The position numbers and the translations under genes were made by a program. A DNA stretch of 63,780 bases, the filler included, from Folioceros fuciformis (taxonomy: Eukaryota): NCBI GenBank assembly GCA_049999805.1. It is 17 parts of 17 records of this genome, joined end to end, with 100 filler letters (N's around TTAATTAATTAA, not from the genome) between each part and the next. Parts side by side here need not be neighbours in the genome. Positions count along the whole stretch, not along the records: positions 1 to 3,727 come from JBNGIO010000488.1; positions 3,828 to 6,502 come from JBNGIO010000489.1; positions 6,603 to 9,723 come from JBNGIO010000491.1; positions 9,824 to 12,549 come from JBNGIO010000492.1; 13 more parts are not named here. The stretch is one strand, 5' to 3'. Positions 1-11,899 of this stretch are shown here, piece after piece; position 1 is the stretch's first letter, and every line of letters starts with the position of its first letter. Below the pieces are notes generated by a model. That model saw only the letters and a list, made by a program, of their open reading frames with translations. It made no database searches and was not told where the DNA came from.

Positions 1-541
1 GGGGCCTGGCACCCCACGCACGCGGCCGGGGCCTGGCACCCCGCATCCGCAGCCTGGCACCCTGCGCCCAGGGCCTAGCCGCGATCCGGCGCCCTCTTTG
101 ATACCTGTGTTGCTGCTACCGCAGCCTATGCTTGAGCATGGGGGGGCTGGAGCCTGTTGCACCCCAGGCAGCAGGTGGCCTCAAACGGCCATTGGGATTC
201 TGCCTTCACTACAGAGCCTCCTTATGGCTTGGTGCACCTCGTCCGCAGTACATGCCATCACCCTCTGCTCCATAAACCTGGCTCTGATACCACTTGAAGG
301 ATCGCTAGAGAAGCATGGTGAAGGAGAGGAGAGGAGGAAGCAAGGAGTAGAGGAGAAAGAGAGGTCACACTCTCACAAAAGGTCTCTATATGCAAGGGAG
401 CTCAAGGGGGTATTTATACCCTCTAGAAGAGCTCCCTAGGAAACTTCACAAGAAGCACATAGGAAGCTGCGCAAGAAGCTTCCTATTGCGCAGCTTCCTA
501 TAGATTAGCTTAAGCTAATCTAAACTAATGATACTTAACTA
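1..541 (-). mobile_element. Copia family A 5' end: truncated 5' LTR (295-541), tRNA-Met PBS (281-292) and GC-rich leader
   Basis: GCTCTGATACCA at 281-292 is the reverse complement of PBS TGGTATCAGAGC. 295-541 matches the complete LTR copies at 34253-34557 and 50997-51289; the leader matches 34560-34809. Confidence 0.9.
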
Positions 542-549
542 ATCAATAT

Positions 550-2420
550 TTGCTGAAACATACGAGTCCAAGGATGTTATGTCAGAAGTTGCTGCAAACT
601 ATGCATTTTCAAAATCTCCGTATGAAGGAGATTGTGGCCAAATTTCGGGCAACACGAGCCAAGTTGGCATCATGTGGTACTATCATCACTGAATCTAAAG
701 CAGCAATTCAATTGTTGGCATCTTTACCTCCTAGTCATGAACAATGGAGTATTAGCCAACAATCAGCAACAGTAATTACTCTAGGCACAGCCACACAACC
801 TACAACCTCCTCCCTTACAGTTCAGAAGCTGGTTGGTGCTCTCTTGCAAGCAAAGGCCAACAAGAAGATGATGAACAAGGGTGTTTCAAATCATGGTTCA
901 GGCAGCTCTCATAAACAGAGTGATACTACCCTCTACTGTGGACAGGGCAAAGGTAGAGACAGGGGTCGAGGACATGGAGCAGGCGGTGGACTTGGTCGTG
1001 GATACCAGTCCTACCAACAGTTCTCTAGGTGGGAAGAAGCCTGGAAAATGCAACAACTGCAACATTCCAGGACATTGGATAAAGGATTGCAGGAAAAGAA
1101 AAGCAGACGAAGCTGCTAAAGGAAAGCTTCCAGAAGGGGATGTAGCGAGAGCCTCCACACCGGGGTTGTTGGTTGCTTGCCTCAATTCTTTCAAGCGTGC
1201 ACCACATCATTGGTTTCTAGACAGTGGAGCGTCAAACCATATGTGTGCATAAAATAAGCAATTTGTGACATATCAAACTGTACCAACATGTCACAAATCA
1301 TCAGTATCATCATGAGACAATTCTTCGATCCCCATCAAAGGGTTTGGCACAGTAGAGGTGGCCTTATTTGGTGGAGGAATTTACAACTAGAGAATACCTT
1401 GCATGTACCTCAGTTGGCTAAAAACTTGGTCAGCGCGATGGCACTTGGCAAGACTAGCTTATACAGAATTACATTTGAAGGTATCACATGTGTGATATCC
1501 TTGACTCAGTCTCCTTCAACGATCATAGCAAGGGGCTTTCCTTTGTATGATCTGTACCTGCTGGATTTCCTTCCTCATGCTCCACAACCTGCAGCCCATG
1601 CAACTAGCAACAAGATGTCAGCTAGTAAGGCATTTACATGGCACTGTTGACTAGGCCATGTGAATATCCAGGCAATGAGGAGACTTCTCAAGGAAAAGGT
1701 GGTAACTGGATTTTCAAAGTCTGAGTTACCTGACTTGGATCTTTGCATGGCGTGTGCCCATGGCAAGCAGTTAAGTCCCATTTCGGCAGCGGTAGACCTT
1801 GAAAAGAGTCAGATACATTAGATCTGATTCATTCTGATATCTGTGGACCAATGTCGGTAACCTTCTAGGGAGGAGCTCGGTACTTTGTGGTGTTTGAAGA
1901 TGATGACACACATTTTACAGTCACAAAGCTCCTGCAACACAAGAGTGAAGTTTTCGACAGCTTTAAGAGATATTTTGCATATGTAGAGCGACAAAGAGGA
2001 AAATAGCTTAAGTGCATTCGCTATGACAATGTGAAGGAGTATCTATCTACTTCATTTCAGCAGTTCTGTCAGGACATAGGTATAACTAGGTAGGTCACTA
2101 TTCCTTATCATTCTGATATGAATGGAAGAGCATAGAGGAGACATCGCACCATTCAGGATGCTGCTCACTCTTTGCTATATCAAGGAAGACTGCTAGTTAG
2201 ATTTTGGGCAAAGGCTGGACACAACTTATCTGCAAAACCGAACGGCAGTGTCTTCGCTGCTTGGCGTGACTCCCTTTGAAGCCTGAGCTCGAGTCAAGCC
2301 CGACTTGAATCATCTTCGACTATTCGCTAGTATAGCATATGCTCATATTCCTAACAAATTGCGTACCAAGTTCTCATATAAGTCCAAGAGGCACATATTT
2401 ATTGGGTAGTAAGAAGAGGG
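550..2420 (+). pseudogene. Degenerate Ty1/Copia gag-protease-integrase
   Basis: QLLASLP gag motif, zinc knuckle CNNCNIPGHWIKDC, protease WFLDSGASNHMC, GAG-pre-integrase WHC*LGH, integrase DLIHSDICGPM; many stops and frameshifts. Confidence 0.92.
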
Positions 2421-2424
2421 ACAG

Positions 2425-3727
2425 AAGAAGTTTGCACACCTCATCTTCCATTCTGGGAACCTTGAAACTTGGAGGTTGCTGTATATAGATTTCTTCGACT
2501 AATTTGCCGTAAAGGAATGCAGTCATGACGTCCAAATGATGTATGTCCCAGTCTTACTTTGCCGCCACGGCAAATAATGTTTGCAAGCTGTTCATGCGAA
2601 CTACGGGGGAGAAGGTCTCCTTGTAGTCCAACCCTTTCACCTGAGTGAAACCGTGAGCCACTAATCTCGCCTTATGCCTTTCCAGAGATCCGCCAGCATT
2701 GTACTTTTTCTTGAAAGTCCACTTGCAGTCGACGGCTTTTCTCCTGGGTGGCAAGTCTACCACTGTCAAACATTGTTTTTGAGCATCGAATTATACTTAG
2801 TACGAATGGCTTCATTCTAGAACTCGCCTTTAGGTCCGTTTCGTGCTTCCTCAATTGTGGACGGAACATCATCTTCAAGGAGAGAACACCATTCTGGTCC
2901 GCTCACCATATTGAGCTGGGCATTCTCGAGGACCTTCCGCAAAGGCTGTCGGACCCTTGTCGACCGTCTTGGAATGGCTGTTCTTGGTTCGTCCACTGCG
3001 TCCTCCAATGCAAGGACTAAGTCTTCAACTTGCTGCTGCTGTTGTGCTCCTTCTGAGTTTCCTTCTTCGAGAATTCATGCAGGAGCAATAGGTGGTACGA
3101 CCTCACCTATTGGGATTTCCTCACCACCATCCTCCGGTGTGTGGTGATCCTCTTCTGCTGTCATTGGTGGATCTGGGACAAGGAAGGTGTCATGGATGAA
3201 CTCAGAGTCGAGGTCCGTGTAAACGGCCGTGCTCTCCATATGACTGCCATTGTTGTTCTCAGCGAACACGACATCGGAACTTTCATGTGTCTGCTTGCTG
3301 ACCGGATCCCACAATCTGTAAGCCTTTCGCTCATTTGCATGACCAATGAAGCTGCACTTGATGCTTCTATCATCCAACTTCTGCTGTAGTTGCTTGGGGA
3401 CATGCATGTATGCTACACAGCCAAACACTCTCAAGTGTGAGACGTTTGGTTTCTCACCAAACCAAGCTCCATGGGGTGTCAGAGCCACCTAGTGCCGTGG
3501 TAATTGACATATTCTGTACGTGTACCGCCGTTGCCAGTGCATCTGCCCAAAAATGTTTTGGCATCTTGCTTTCCGCTAGCATACTCCTAGCGCCATTGTT
3601 GATGGTGCGATTCTTCTGCTCGGCAATCCTTGCCTGTTGCGGCGTGTACCTTGTCGTCAACTGCCTCTCAATTCCGGCCGCTTTGCATTCATCCTCGTTA
3701 TAAGTTTAAGAGCCTTGTTATAGTGCT
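2425..3727 (-). pseudogene. Degenerate Ty1/Copia integrase to RT N-terminal fragment, converging on the previous element
   Basis: YTPQQARIAEQKNRTI, FWADALATA, HLRVFGCVAY, KLDDRS, YRLWDP; RT CKWTFKKK...KARLVAHGFTQVKGLDYKETFSPVV. Confidence 0.92.
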
Positions 3728-3827
3728 NNNNNNNNNNNNNNNNNNNNNNNNNNNNNNNNNNNNNNNNNNNNTTAATTAATTAANNNNNNNNNNNNNNNNN
3801 NNNNNNNNNNNNNNNNNNNNNNNNNNN
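3728..3827. other. Artificial contig-joining linker (first of 16)
   Basis: 44 N + TTAATTAATTAA (stops in all six frames) + 44 N. Identical linkers start at 3728, 6503, 9724, 12550, 14437, 15906, 22367, 26952, 28257, 31100, 34810, 45635, 49398, 54746, 59243 and 62606. Confidence 0.98.
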
Positions 3828-4587
3828 AGAGAGATGAGGGTTAGGGTACAAGAAGGGGGGCCTGCCAGTGAGAAGGGGGCGGTCTATGGTGTGAGGTCCC
3901 CGGATTTTGTGGGTAGAACTCCTGGCTTAGGGCGCTGAGCCGGTTGAGGTCGACCCAAAGTCCTTATTCCCTTGCCACTAGGGGAACGTGGGGATCCCGG
4001 GGCTGTCAAGATCCGTGTGGCCGGATCCGCAAGGGCTACATGATTCGCAGGTTGGCTGAAGTGAAGGAACAGGACCGTGAGCTGAAGGGCTATCCAGTCC
4101 TAGATCCACACTATGCTTGAAGGCTACAAGGAGTGAAGCCATTGTGCCTAATTTCCAGGGAGGAAAGCTGAAGAAAAGAGAGGAAGAGTTGGAGTGGGAT
4201 GCATAGAAGTGAAGAGTGAGCTGCTGAATAGTAGGAGTGTGTGTTGAAGTGGAGGGTGGGGACTGAAGTGAAGAGGAAGGGACTGAAGTGGGAATCTTGA
4301 AGCGCTGAGGTCAAGGAGAAAGTGGCTGAAGTGGGAAACAAGAAGGGCTGGAGGGCTGAAGAACAAGAGTGTGAGTTGGGTGAGCTGACTTAGGGGGTAG
4401 GCTAGGCTTCTAGCCCTTTTGTTTGAGTGTATGGACAGACCTATAGACCGGCTGATAGGTAGAAGTGCGATAGGTAGCGTTCCTTGGCACTAGTTCACTC
4501 CCTTGGGAGCGAACCATAGGACTACAACGACAATAGGGGAATGTGTGGCCCCTTCGGTGGTTCTTGGGTGCAAGAAATCACTCCACA
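3828..4587 (+). mobile_element. LTR terminal segment ending CAAGAAATCACTCCACA (probable U5 end of the Gypsy LTR)
   Basis: The same terminus recurs inverted at 13989 and 33256, each time interrupting unrelated coding sequence exactly at TG/CA; contains degenerate GCTGAAGTG repeats. Confidence 0.75.
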
Positions 4588-4847
4588 CTTGGGTTGCGAA
4601 AGGTACTGCAAGAAGAGGAGACAGCAGTCGAGGGAAACCAACGTGCAGGTGATTAGGTTAGCGTCGAGCTTCATCCACCTGACCTGTGTTTCAGAATGTT
4701 GCTTCTAGATTGTTCAAACTGTTGTTTTGTTGTGGTGGCTAAGCCTCCCTGTCGCCTAACGACAGGCACATAGGAACATAGAAGGAAGAGCTATACTCCA
4801 CAATACTGAGGACTCGGGCCTCACCCGTAAGTCTTGTTTGCAGTATG

Positions 4848-6231
4848 TTAAGCTGCAGGTTTGAAATAGGGCTGAAAGTTCATCAACCCAAGTGCTTGCA
4901 TGTGCTTCTGGTGCTTATCCTTTGGTAGGGCCTTTGTTAGGATGTCTGTTGTGTTATTCTCAGTAGGCACATAGAGAATTTTAACTAATCCCCTCGCAAC
5001 AGCATCTCTAACATAGTGGTGATGGACTTCAATATGTTTTGTTCGAGCGTGGAATCGGGGGTTGGCAACAAGGGCGATGGTGGATTGATTGTCACGATAG
5101 GGGTGAGTCGGGCCATCCTGTGTCTGCCCAAGGTCGTGTAAGAAAGACCGCTCCCATTCCACTTCCTTAGTAGCATCTGTAAGGGATTTGTACTCAGCTT
5201 CACTGCTTGACAGGGCGATACTGGTTTGCTTCTTGCACCTCCAGTTGATGGAAGGCTGGGCGAGGAGAAAAGCATAAGTGGATAAACTCTTACGGGAGTC
5301 ACTATTCGAGGCCCAATCAGCGTTAGTATATCCTTCAAGAGTGAGCCGAGTGGTCTGGTGTGCTCCTCGTCGATAGTAGAGTCCAATATAAGGCGAGCCT
5401 TTGAGGTAACGTAGAAAACGTTTCACGGCAATCTAGTGAGCACTACTAGGGTTATCCAAGAACTGGGACACTATACTAACTGAATGTTGGATGTCACGGG
5501 GCGTCCAATTGCTGACAAAAAGCAACCAGCCAACGGCTTGGCGATAGGGAACATCCTGCATGTCCAAGCGATGAGCATATGTGACAGGACACTCATATCT
5601 GGTAAGCTTAGCTCCTACAGAGCCTGGAGTAGAAGAGGGATGAAATTGTCCCATGTTAAATTTGTGTAATATCTCTGCAACGTATTTGTGTTGATGGATA
5701 ATGAGAAGCCCCTCAGATCTAACTCGAAGTACTTGTATCCCCAAGTAGAAAAGTAGATCGCCACTATCTGTCATTTCAAACGTCTTCCTTAACATATCCT
5801 TTACGTGTGACAGGATATTTGGATTACTGGCCGCAAGGATCACATCATCCACATAGAGAGCTAGAATGACATAGGTGGTGCCGTCTTGGAAGATGTACAC
5901 ATTAGAGTCAGCTTTGCACTATTCAAAACCCAAGGTTTTCAGGGCTGTGTCACATCTCTTATACCAGTGCTCTGCACTCTGCTTTAATCCATATAGGGAC
6001 TTGATGAGTAAGCAAACGTGGTCTGGATGTGCAGGATCAACATACCCTTCCGACTGCTCCATGTACAGCTCCTCCTCAAGAATACCATGGAGGAAAGCTG
6101 TGCAGACATCCATTTGCTGCAACTCCAGGTCGTACTCGGCAACGAGGGCTAGGATACTGCGGACGGATTGAGCAAACACCACTGGAGAAAAAGTCTCTTG
6201 GTAATCTAAACCAGCAATTTGGGTAAACCCC
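4848..6231 (-). pseudogene. Degenerate Ty1/Copia RT-RNase H
   Basis: GFTQIAGLDYQETFSP, QMDVCTAFLHG, KSLYGLKQS, LYVDD, YTNADWA, SSSEAEY, DNQS, RTKHIEV, DILTKAL. Cut at 6231 by an LTR insertion. Confidence 0.93.
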
Positions 6232-6475
6232 TGTGAACCTCCAAAGTTTGGGGTAGTAGTTTGTTTTGGTTGAAAAAGGGTTAATAGTGGTATGGTTTGG
6301 TTTTCTTTTTCTACTTATTTTCCCTAATTTTTCTTGATTTTCTGGTCATTTTTCTTATTTTTCTTTGTGCTAATTAGGTAAATTGACCAGGAAATAGTTG
6401 GTTTGGTTATAAGAGTGGGTATAGGTTTGGTCCCAGACCTGGGAAAGTTTAGGTCCGGTACCGGGCCATAGGGTT
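6232..6475 (+). mobile_element. Gypsy LTR-B 5' terminus (TGTGAACCTCCAAAG...)
   Basis: Closely similar copies at 26111 (+), 58830 (+), 23360 (-), 27306 (-) and 45807 (-); starts with TG and interrupts a Copia RT reading frame. Confidence 0.85.
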
Positions 6476-6502
6476 ATTAAAGCCCAATGTGCTTAGACTA
6501 AT
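6469..6502 (+). mobile_element. Copia family A LTR 5' fragment
   Basis: TAGGGTTATTAAAGCCCAATGTGCTTAGACTAAT matches the LTR start at 34253. Confidence 0.8.
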
Positions 6503-6602
6503 NNNNNNNNNNNNNNNNNNNNNNNNNNNNNNNNNNNNNNNNNNNNTTAATTAATTAANNNNNNNNNNNNNNNNNNNNNNNNNNNNNNNNNNNNNNNNNN
6601 NN

Positions 6603-6713
6603 TTAACTAGACACTAATCTTAGACTAAACACATTAGTCTAAGCACATTAACTAGACACTAATCTTAGACTAAACACATTAGCCTAAGCACATTGGGCTT
6701 TAATAACCCTACA
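6603..6713 (-). mobile_element. Copia family A LTR 5' terminus with an internal ~44-bp tandem duplication
   Basis: Ends ...TTTAATAACCCTACA (reverse complement of the LTR start TGTAGGGTTATTAAAG); TTAACTAGACACTAATCTTAGACTAAACACATTAG occurs twice. Confidence 0.85.
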
Positions 6714-7799
6714 GCTATGTGTTGCCTTGAGGACAGTGTGTTTGATGTATTCTGAGCTGTAGATGTAAGACGCAATGCCTGCACATGGACGCCGAATGCA
6801 ATACCCAAGTTAGCATCGTTAATCTGTTTCACATATGTAACAATTTGGACTAGATGCTTTTAGTACCCTTGTAGCCTCTTGTGCCATATACTGGTGTCTA
6901 TCTGGAATGTTGAGGCTTTGTCTTCGGACATCCTGCTCTTTGCTGGCGAGCCCACTAGCTCGAGGGCTAATACCTTCCAACACACACTGTGCTCACATTT
7001 TCCCACGTCACATTCAGTTCCCACAACTCATATCCCAACCAACTCCTCATGCAAACTTACTCTCTTAGCTGTAGCTCTTATCACTCTCGTTTGTGTGCGA
7101 GAAAGGACCTCCTCTGTTCCCAGTGGTCGATTCGTTCTCACTTCTTGCCGTGAAGATACTACACTCTGAATGTGTCTGTGGCAGGAACTTCTGACATCAA
7201 TGTTGGACCACCATTGACTCCGCCCACCACATTTTGGTTTGGTTGTGGTGAGCTCTCCACGTAGCTCAAAATGACCAAAATGTGGTGAGCGTACGCTTCT
7301 GCTAACTTCTACAAGATGTGTGCCTCTTTGTGTCACAGAGGCTTGGAGAACACATGTCCTATGTCTCAGAGGTCCTTTCACCCTAAACCACAAACCAACA
7401 TAACCCACCATATCCAGTTTCTAATCCATATCCAGCTGCATGTAGCAGCTGGATGTGGTTGGATCTTGGCCCGAGCCTTTTCACCCTAAACCACAAACCC
7501 GCCATAACCTGAGGATGAGAAGCGTAGAGTGTGGCACTGGTTGGCCATCACCATAGGTTGAACACCTTCCAAGCAAATTCTAAATACTAACAGCAACTTT
7601 GATAAAAGGGCAACTGCTAATTGGCTTCTAAAGGTTACTACCCCTCCAACTCATTCTCCATAAAGGGTTTCACGGGGGCTTTAGCTCACCAGGGTCAACG
7701 CGTCACTTCCCAACATCCCAAAATCGATCCCCCCCCGTTTCCCTCCCACAAAGGTGGATGGCGCCGACCGGCCATCGCCATCCTCTAAGTTTAGGGTAC

Positions 7800-9344
7800 A
7801 ACATTCGGCCTTTTGAATTGTACTAGGATGTTGGCTAGCCAGCGCCTTCGTGCACAACATGTTGAAAACCAATTGGACTTGGGTATCTTCACACGGCTGA
7901 AGTGTGTCCTCCATAATAAAAAAAAAAACCACTCATATGTAATCAACGTGATCCTAAATAGCTTGCATTGCCTCTTGTACTGCAGCCAAATTTTGTGCTT
8001 AATAAAAGTATCCAATAGGTTGTAAACCTCGATGTTCGGCAAATGCACGACCATGAATTGGAAAGTACTATCCATGAAAGACAAAGCATTGTCTGTTGCT
8101 GGGGATCCAATGACCGGGTTGTTCCTCACATTATCCCAAGGGGCAGACAGAAGGATAGTGGATCTTAGCTCCTCTTACCTCTTGTGGCCAATACGACACA
8201 CCCTTCGAAAGGCACGTAAATAACAACGAAAGGTTGTTAGGCCCTTCAGTTGCATCTACACCTTGAAAGGCTTACCCCTCACAGGTTTAAGAACCAATGT
8301 AGACTCTAGAAAATTCTCTTACTCTTGTCTGTCCATCTAAAGAAAGCAGTATCTCTATTCTTGAAAACATTCTTTCGTCATGCGCTACACACACATCTTA
8401 TTGCAACAGGCCCTACAAAAATCGCTAGCTATGGCACCCATGTCGCTCTTCCGTAGGGCCACATAGCTTACGTATCGCCGCTAACCATGCTCAGCCCTTC
8501 TCGCGGGTCTTGCAAATTGTCGGAGCTGGGCTTCCCTTGAAATGATGGTCGTCCCTCTTCTCCCCTAAACCCGATCTTTAGTATCATACCAAAGTCAGGA
8601 AACTACTCGCCACATGTGCTAAAGATGTGGTCTTGGGTGCACTTGTTGTCATCATTTGAGTAACTAACTCACTACATGTGTTGAAGATTACTCTTGGATG
8701 TGCACTTGCTGTCACTGTGTTAGAAACCTACTTACCACTTGTGGTGAAGGTGTGGTCTTGCATGCCCTTGCTTTCATCGTCATGTGTATACTCCCACTCA
8801 TATGGGCATGGGTACTCCCACCCTGGCATAGCCCTTAAGGAACTTAGAATAAGCCTTGCTTCTGGCCCATAGGTCTCAATGGTGAAGGAGATGAAGGTGT
8901 GCTCTTGCTGCATGGGAGAATAATTATGATCTTTCTCCACATTACAACTCTCCATTGCCTACCTTAAGTTAAACTAGAGGATTGAGGATGAACTGTAGGT
9001 TGACGAAATCTATGGTAGTGTTAATGACAACTACATTTGCAATAAAGAGCTAGTTGGCTAAAATTATAAAGGTCCCCTTTGAAGGAAACACCATTGGAGA
9101 TGGTATGGTCCTCTCCTTGGCCAAGAAGAACATGAAATTACAAACAATGTTACGTGTAGTAATTGAGATGCTCCTTATAAGGTAAGAAGCCTCCCTCTTT
9201 GGCCACCTCCCTCTTTGGCTACCTCCCTCCTTAGCTTAAAGCCCTATCTTTGGTCAAGGAGAACATGATTTTACAAACAATGTCATGCCTAGCAATACAC
9301 TACTCCCTTGTAGAGAAGTGAGCAAGATATGTAATGTTCTAGAG
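7800..9344 (-). pseudogene. Possible highly decayed Ty3/Gypsy gag-protease remnant
   Basis: Minus-strand fragments MDRQE*ENFLESTLV...KPFKV and VCPLG*CEEQPGHW resemble Gypsy aspartic protease motifs (DSG..NF; PLG.CD..LG..W). Weak and heavily interrupted. Confidence 0.35.
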
Positions 9345-9723
9345 TGTGGAGGCAAAAACCCGGGCACTGATTGCAGACGGGTTCCACCTTTAGTGGCCAC
9401 ACTTATCCCACTGTCATTGAGACATTGGGTTTCGTTCCCACGAAGGAGCGATGGGGTTTCTTGGTGTTGCGGATGGAGGGTCGGACTCAATCGACTCGAT
9501 GATGGATTCGAGGACTCCCCTCCAGCTCCGATCAGGCGTAGGACAGGCCTCGCTGTCCAGCGGTTAGCTGCACCTCCCTCGGTGCCCACAAACTTACTCC
9601 AGTCACTACAACGACCTTAACCTCTCAGATCTGCGACTTCCCTCACTCACTTCACTCACTCTCTCGCTCCAGCACCAATGTGGCGGCAAAACCCCGGGCA
9701 CTGATTGCCGACGGGTTCCACCT
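9345..9723 (-). mobile_element. LTR family D termini, two copies starting at 9345 and 9679
   Basis: TGTGG(A/C)GGCAAAA(A/C)CCCGGGCACTGATTGC at both positions; inverted copy at 31200-31372 ending GCCTCCACA. Confidence 0.8.
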
Positions 9724-10190
9724 NNNNNNNNNNNNNNNNNNNNNNNNNNNNNNNNNNNNNNNNNNNNTTAATTAATTAANNNNNNNNNNNNNNNNNNNNN
9801 NNNNNNNNNNNNNNNNNNNNNNNTGTGTTTTTGTAGCACTAGCACATGGGATGATGGGTGATACGTTAAAAATGTTGTCCATATAGCCCTTGAATTTTCT
9901 TCCTTTTTTAATGTTTGTAATTTTAAGTTTTGCAAAAAAAATATTCGTAGTTATCGAACTTATCCTCCATGGAAAGAAAAATTTGTGAGATAGGCATTTT
10001 ATTTATTTTTTAATTTTATATACTAGCGACGATGTATCTAATTGTGTCACTAATCTCTAATTGATTGTAGGGTTAGTGATGACGACTCTTTCTAGAATTT
10101 GGGGTTTGATCTACATTGTTGATCATTTGCTAGATTGCATTTTGAATTTCCTACATTATTTCTATAAAAATTTAGTGTAAAAGGTTTGGT

Positions 10191-10340
10191 TGTTGTGACA
10201 AGGTAACTAAGCAAGAAGCTAATTACTTTGTCTCTTATGTGCATTGTGAGAGGATAGCTAAGCAAGTGGCTAGCTACTTTGTCTCATATGTGGGTTGTGA
10301 GAAGGTAGCTAAGCAAGTGGCTAGCTACTTTGTTTCTTAT
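10191..10340. repeat. Degenerate ~51-bp tandem repeat, 3 copies
   Basis: TTGTGA(C/G)A.G.TA(A/G)CTAAGCAAG(A/T)(A/G)GCTA(A/G)(T/C)TACTTTGT repeated three times. Confidence 0.85.
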
Positions 10341-10520
10341 ATAGGTTGGTGACATCCTAGATGTGTATGGATCAATATAGGTTGGTGACATCCTAGATGT
10401 GTATGGATCAATATAGGTTGGTGACATCCTAGATGTGTATGGATCAATATAGGTTGGTGACATCCTAGATGTGTATGGATCAATATAGGTTGGTGACATC
10501 CTAGATGTGTATGGATCAAT
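10341..10520. repeat. Perfect 36-bp minisatellite, 5 copies
   Basis: ATAGGTTGGTGACATCCTAGATGTGTATGGATCAAT x5, head-to-tail with no spacers. Confidence 0.97.
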
Positions 10521-10762
10521 ATGTGTTGAGAATTGATATTTAATTATGGTAGTTAGATGTAATTTCAATCATAATCAATGAGGTTTACACGTTCTCTCAT
10601 ATTTATTCGTTTATGAATACGTAGCACGATGGACTATGCTAGGAATATTCTCAAACATTGTTCTTAGCTTCTTCAAAATAAGATTGTGTCCTGTGTGCTC
10701 TTTGTGATTGTAAATATTGTGTTTGTCTTATCAAGACAACTTCATAGACATTAGTGCTATTA

Positions 10763-10795
<33 letters not shown>
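10763..10795. repeat. (ATT)11 microsatellite
   Basis: Direct reading of the sequence. Confidence 0.95.
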
Positions 10796-11899
10796 TTGTT
10801 TATGATGTGAAAGGCATTATTACATGCTGGGAAGTAAGTGATGGCAGAGTAAACTTATTAATAGTATTATAAATTGCTTGTTGATTATACTTATAGTGAA
10901 ACTTTAGGTGTAGAAAGAAGTGTCAAGAAATATACATACAACAGATTGTGTATCAAATGTATTTATTTAGTTAGGAAGTAATATTTGATATTAAGGTTGT
11001 GTTATTGTGAATTGTGTTCTCAAAAGACAAAAATTCTCACTTTATACAAAAACACTTAAGATTGATTAAAATTATCCTTTAATTATGCCATAAATTGTAA
11101 CATATATAAAGTTTTTTTTTACATTGGTTGATTATTTTTTCACAATTTTTACATTGGTTGATTATTTTTTCACAAACCCGTATTCAAAGGCCTAGATCAT
11201 AATATGAGTCCTAGCATAATCATTTGCTATGTGATGTCACTATAGTAACAAAAATACATACTTTTTTTTAATTAAATTAATCAAAGATATATAAATAATT
11301 CACATGATATCTAGAAAATAAAATAATAAAAGTTCAACAAGCCACTCTTCGATAAATATTGCTCTATTGACTTGGAGATCAAAAAACGCAACATGTAACT
11401 AATACATCTATTCTTTATAATTTGAGCACTTTATTTATTTATTTATTTAATTGATCACAAGTGAATATATCTACAAATTTACCCTCTACTCTTCATCCTC
11501 CAAACAATCATATAATGCAGAGCTTAGAGCAATATGGACATTGACTCCGCATATCTAGAAGCATAGATTAACTCATAATGGTGACGACCATTATGGGTTT
11601 TTCATGTTGAAATTAGTTAGATGTAATAGAATTTTGATATTGGTGATTGAATATCTCTTGAGGATTGGTTGGAAGTTGCCATCTGCTTGGTTGTACCATG
11701 TCATCATATTAGTTCATTAAGTCTTCCAAGGTTTGATAAGTTAGTAATATTAAATTATATATATATTTTTTAAAGGTTTATAAAATAAATTTTGTACCAC
11801 AGAGAGAAAAAACGGATTATCTAAAAGTAATAAAAATCACGAGATAATGTATTGATTAAGCTTACTTTTCACCAGAATTATGACGAGAATAATTATAGA

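Noticed and set aside
10341-10520. 36-bp repeat as a CRISPR array, or as the 12-aa repeat protein ORF 10284-10568
   Set aside because: Units are head-to-tail with no spacers and there are no cas genes; the ORF arises only because the unit length is a multiple of 3 without stops.
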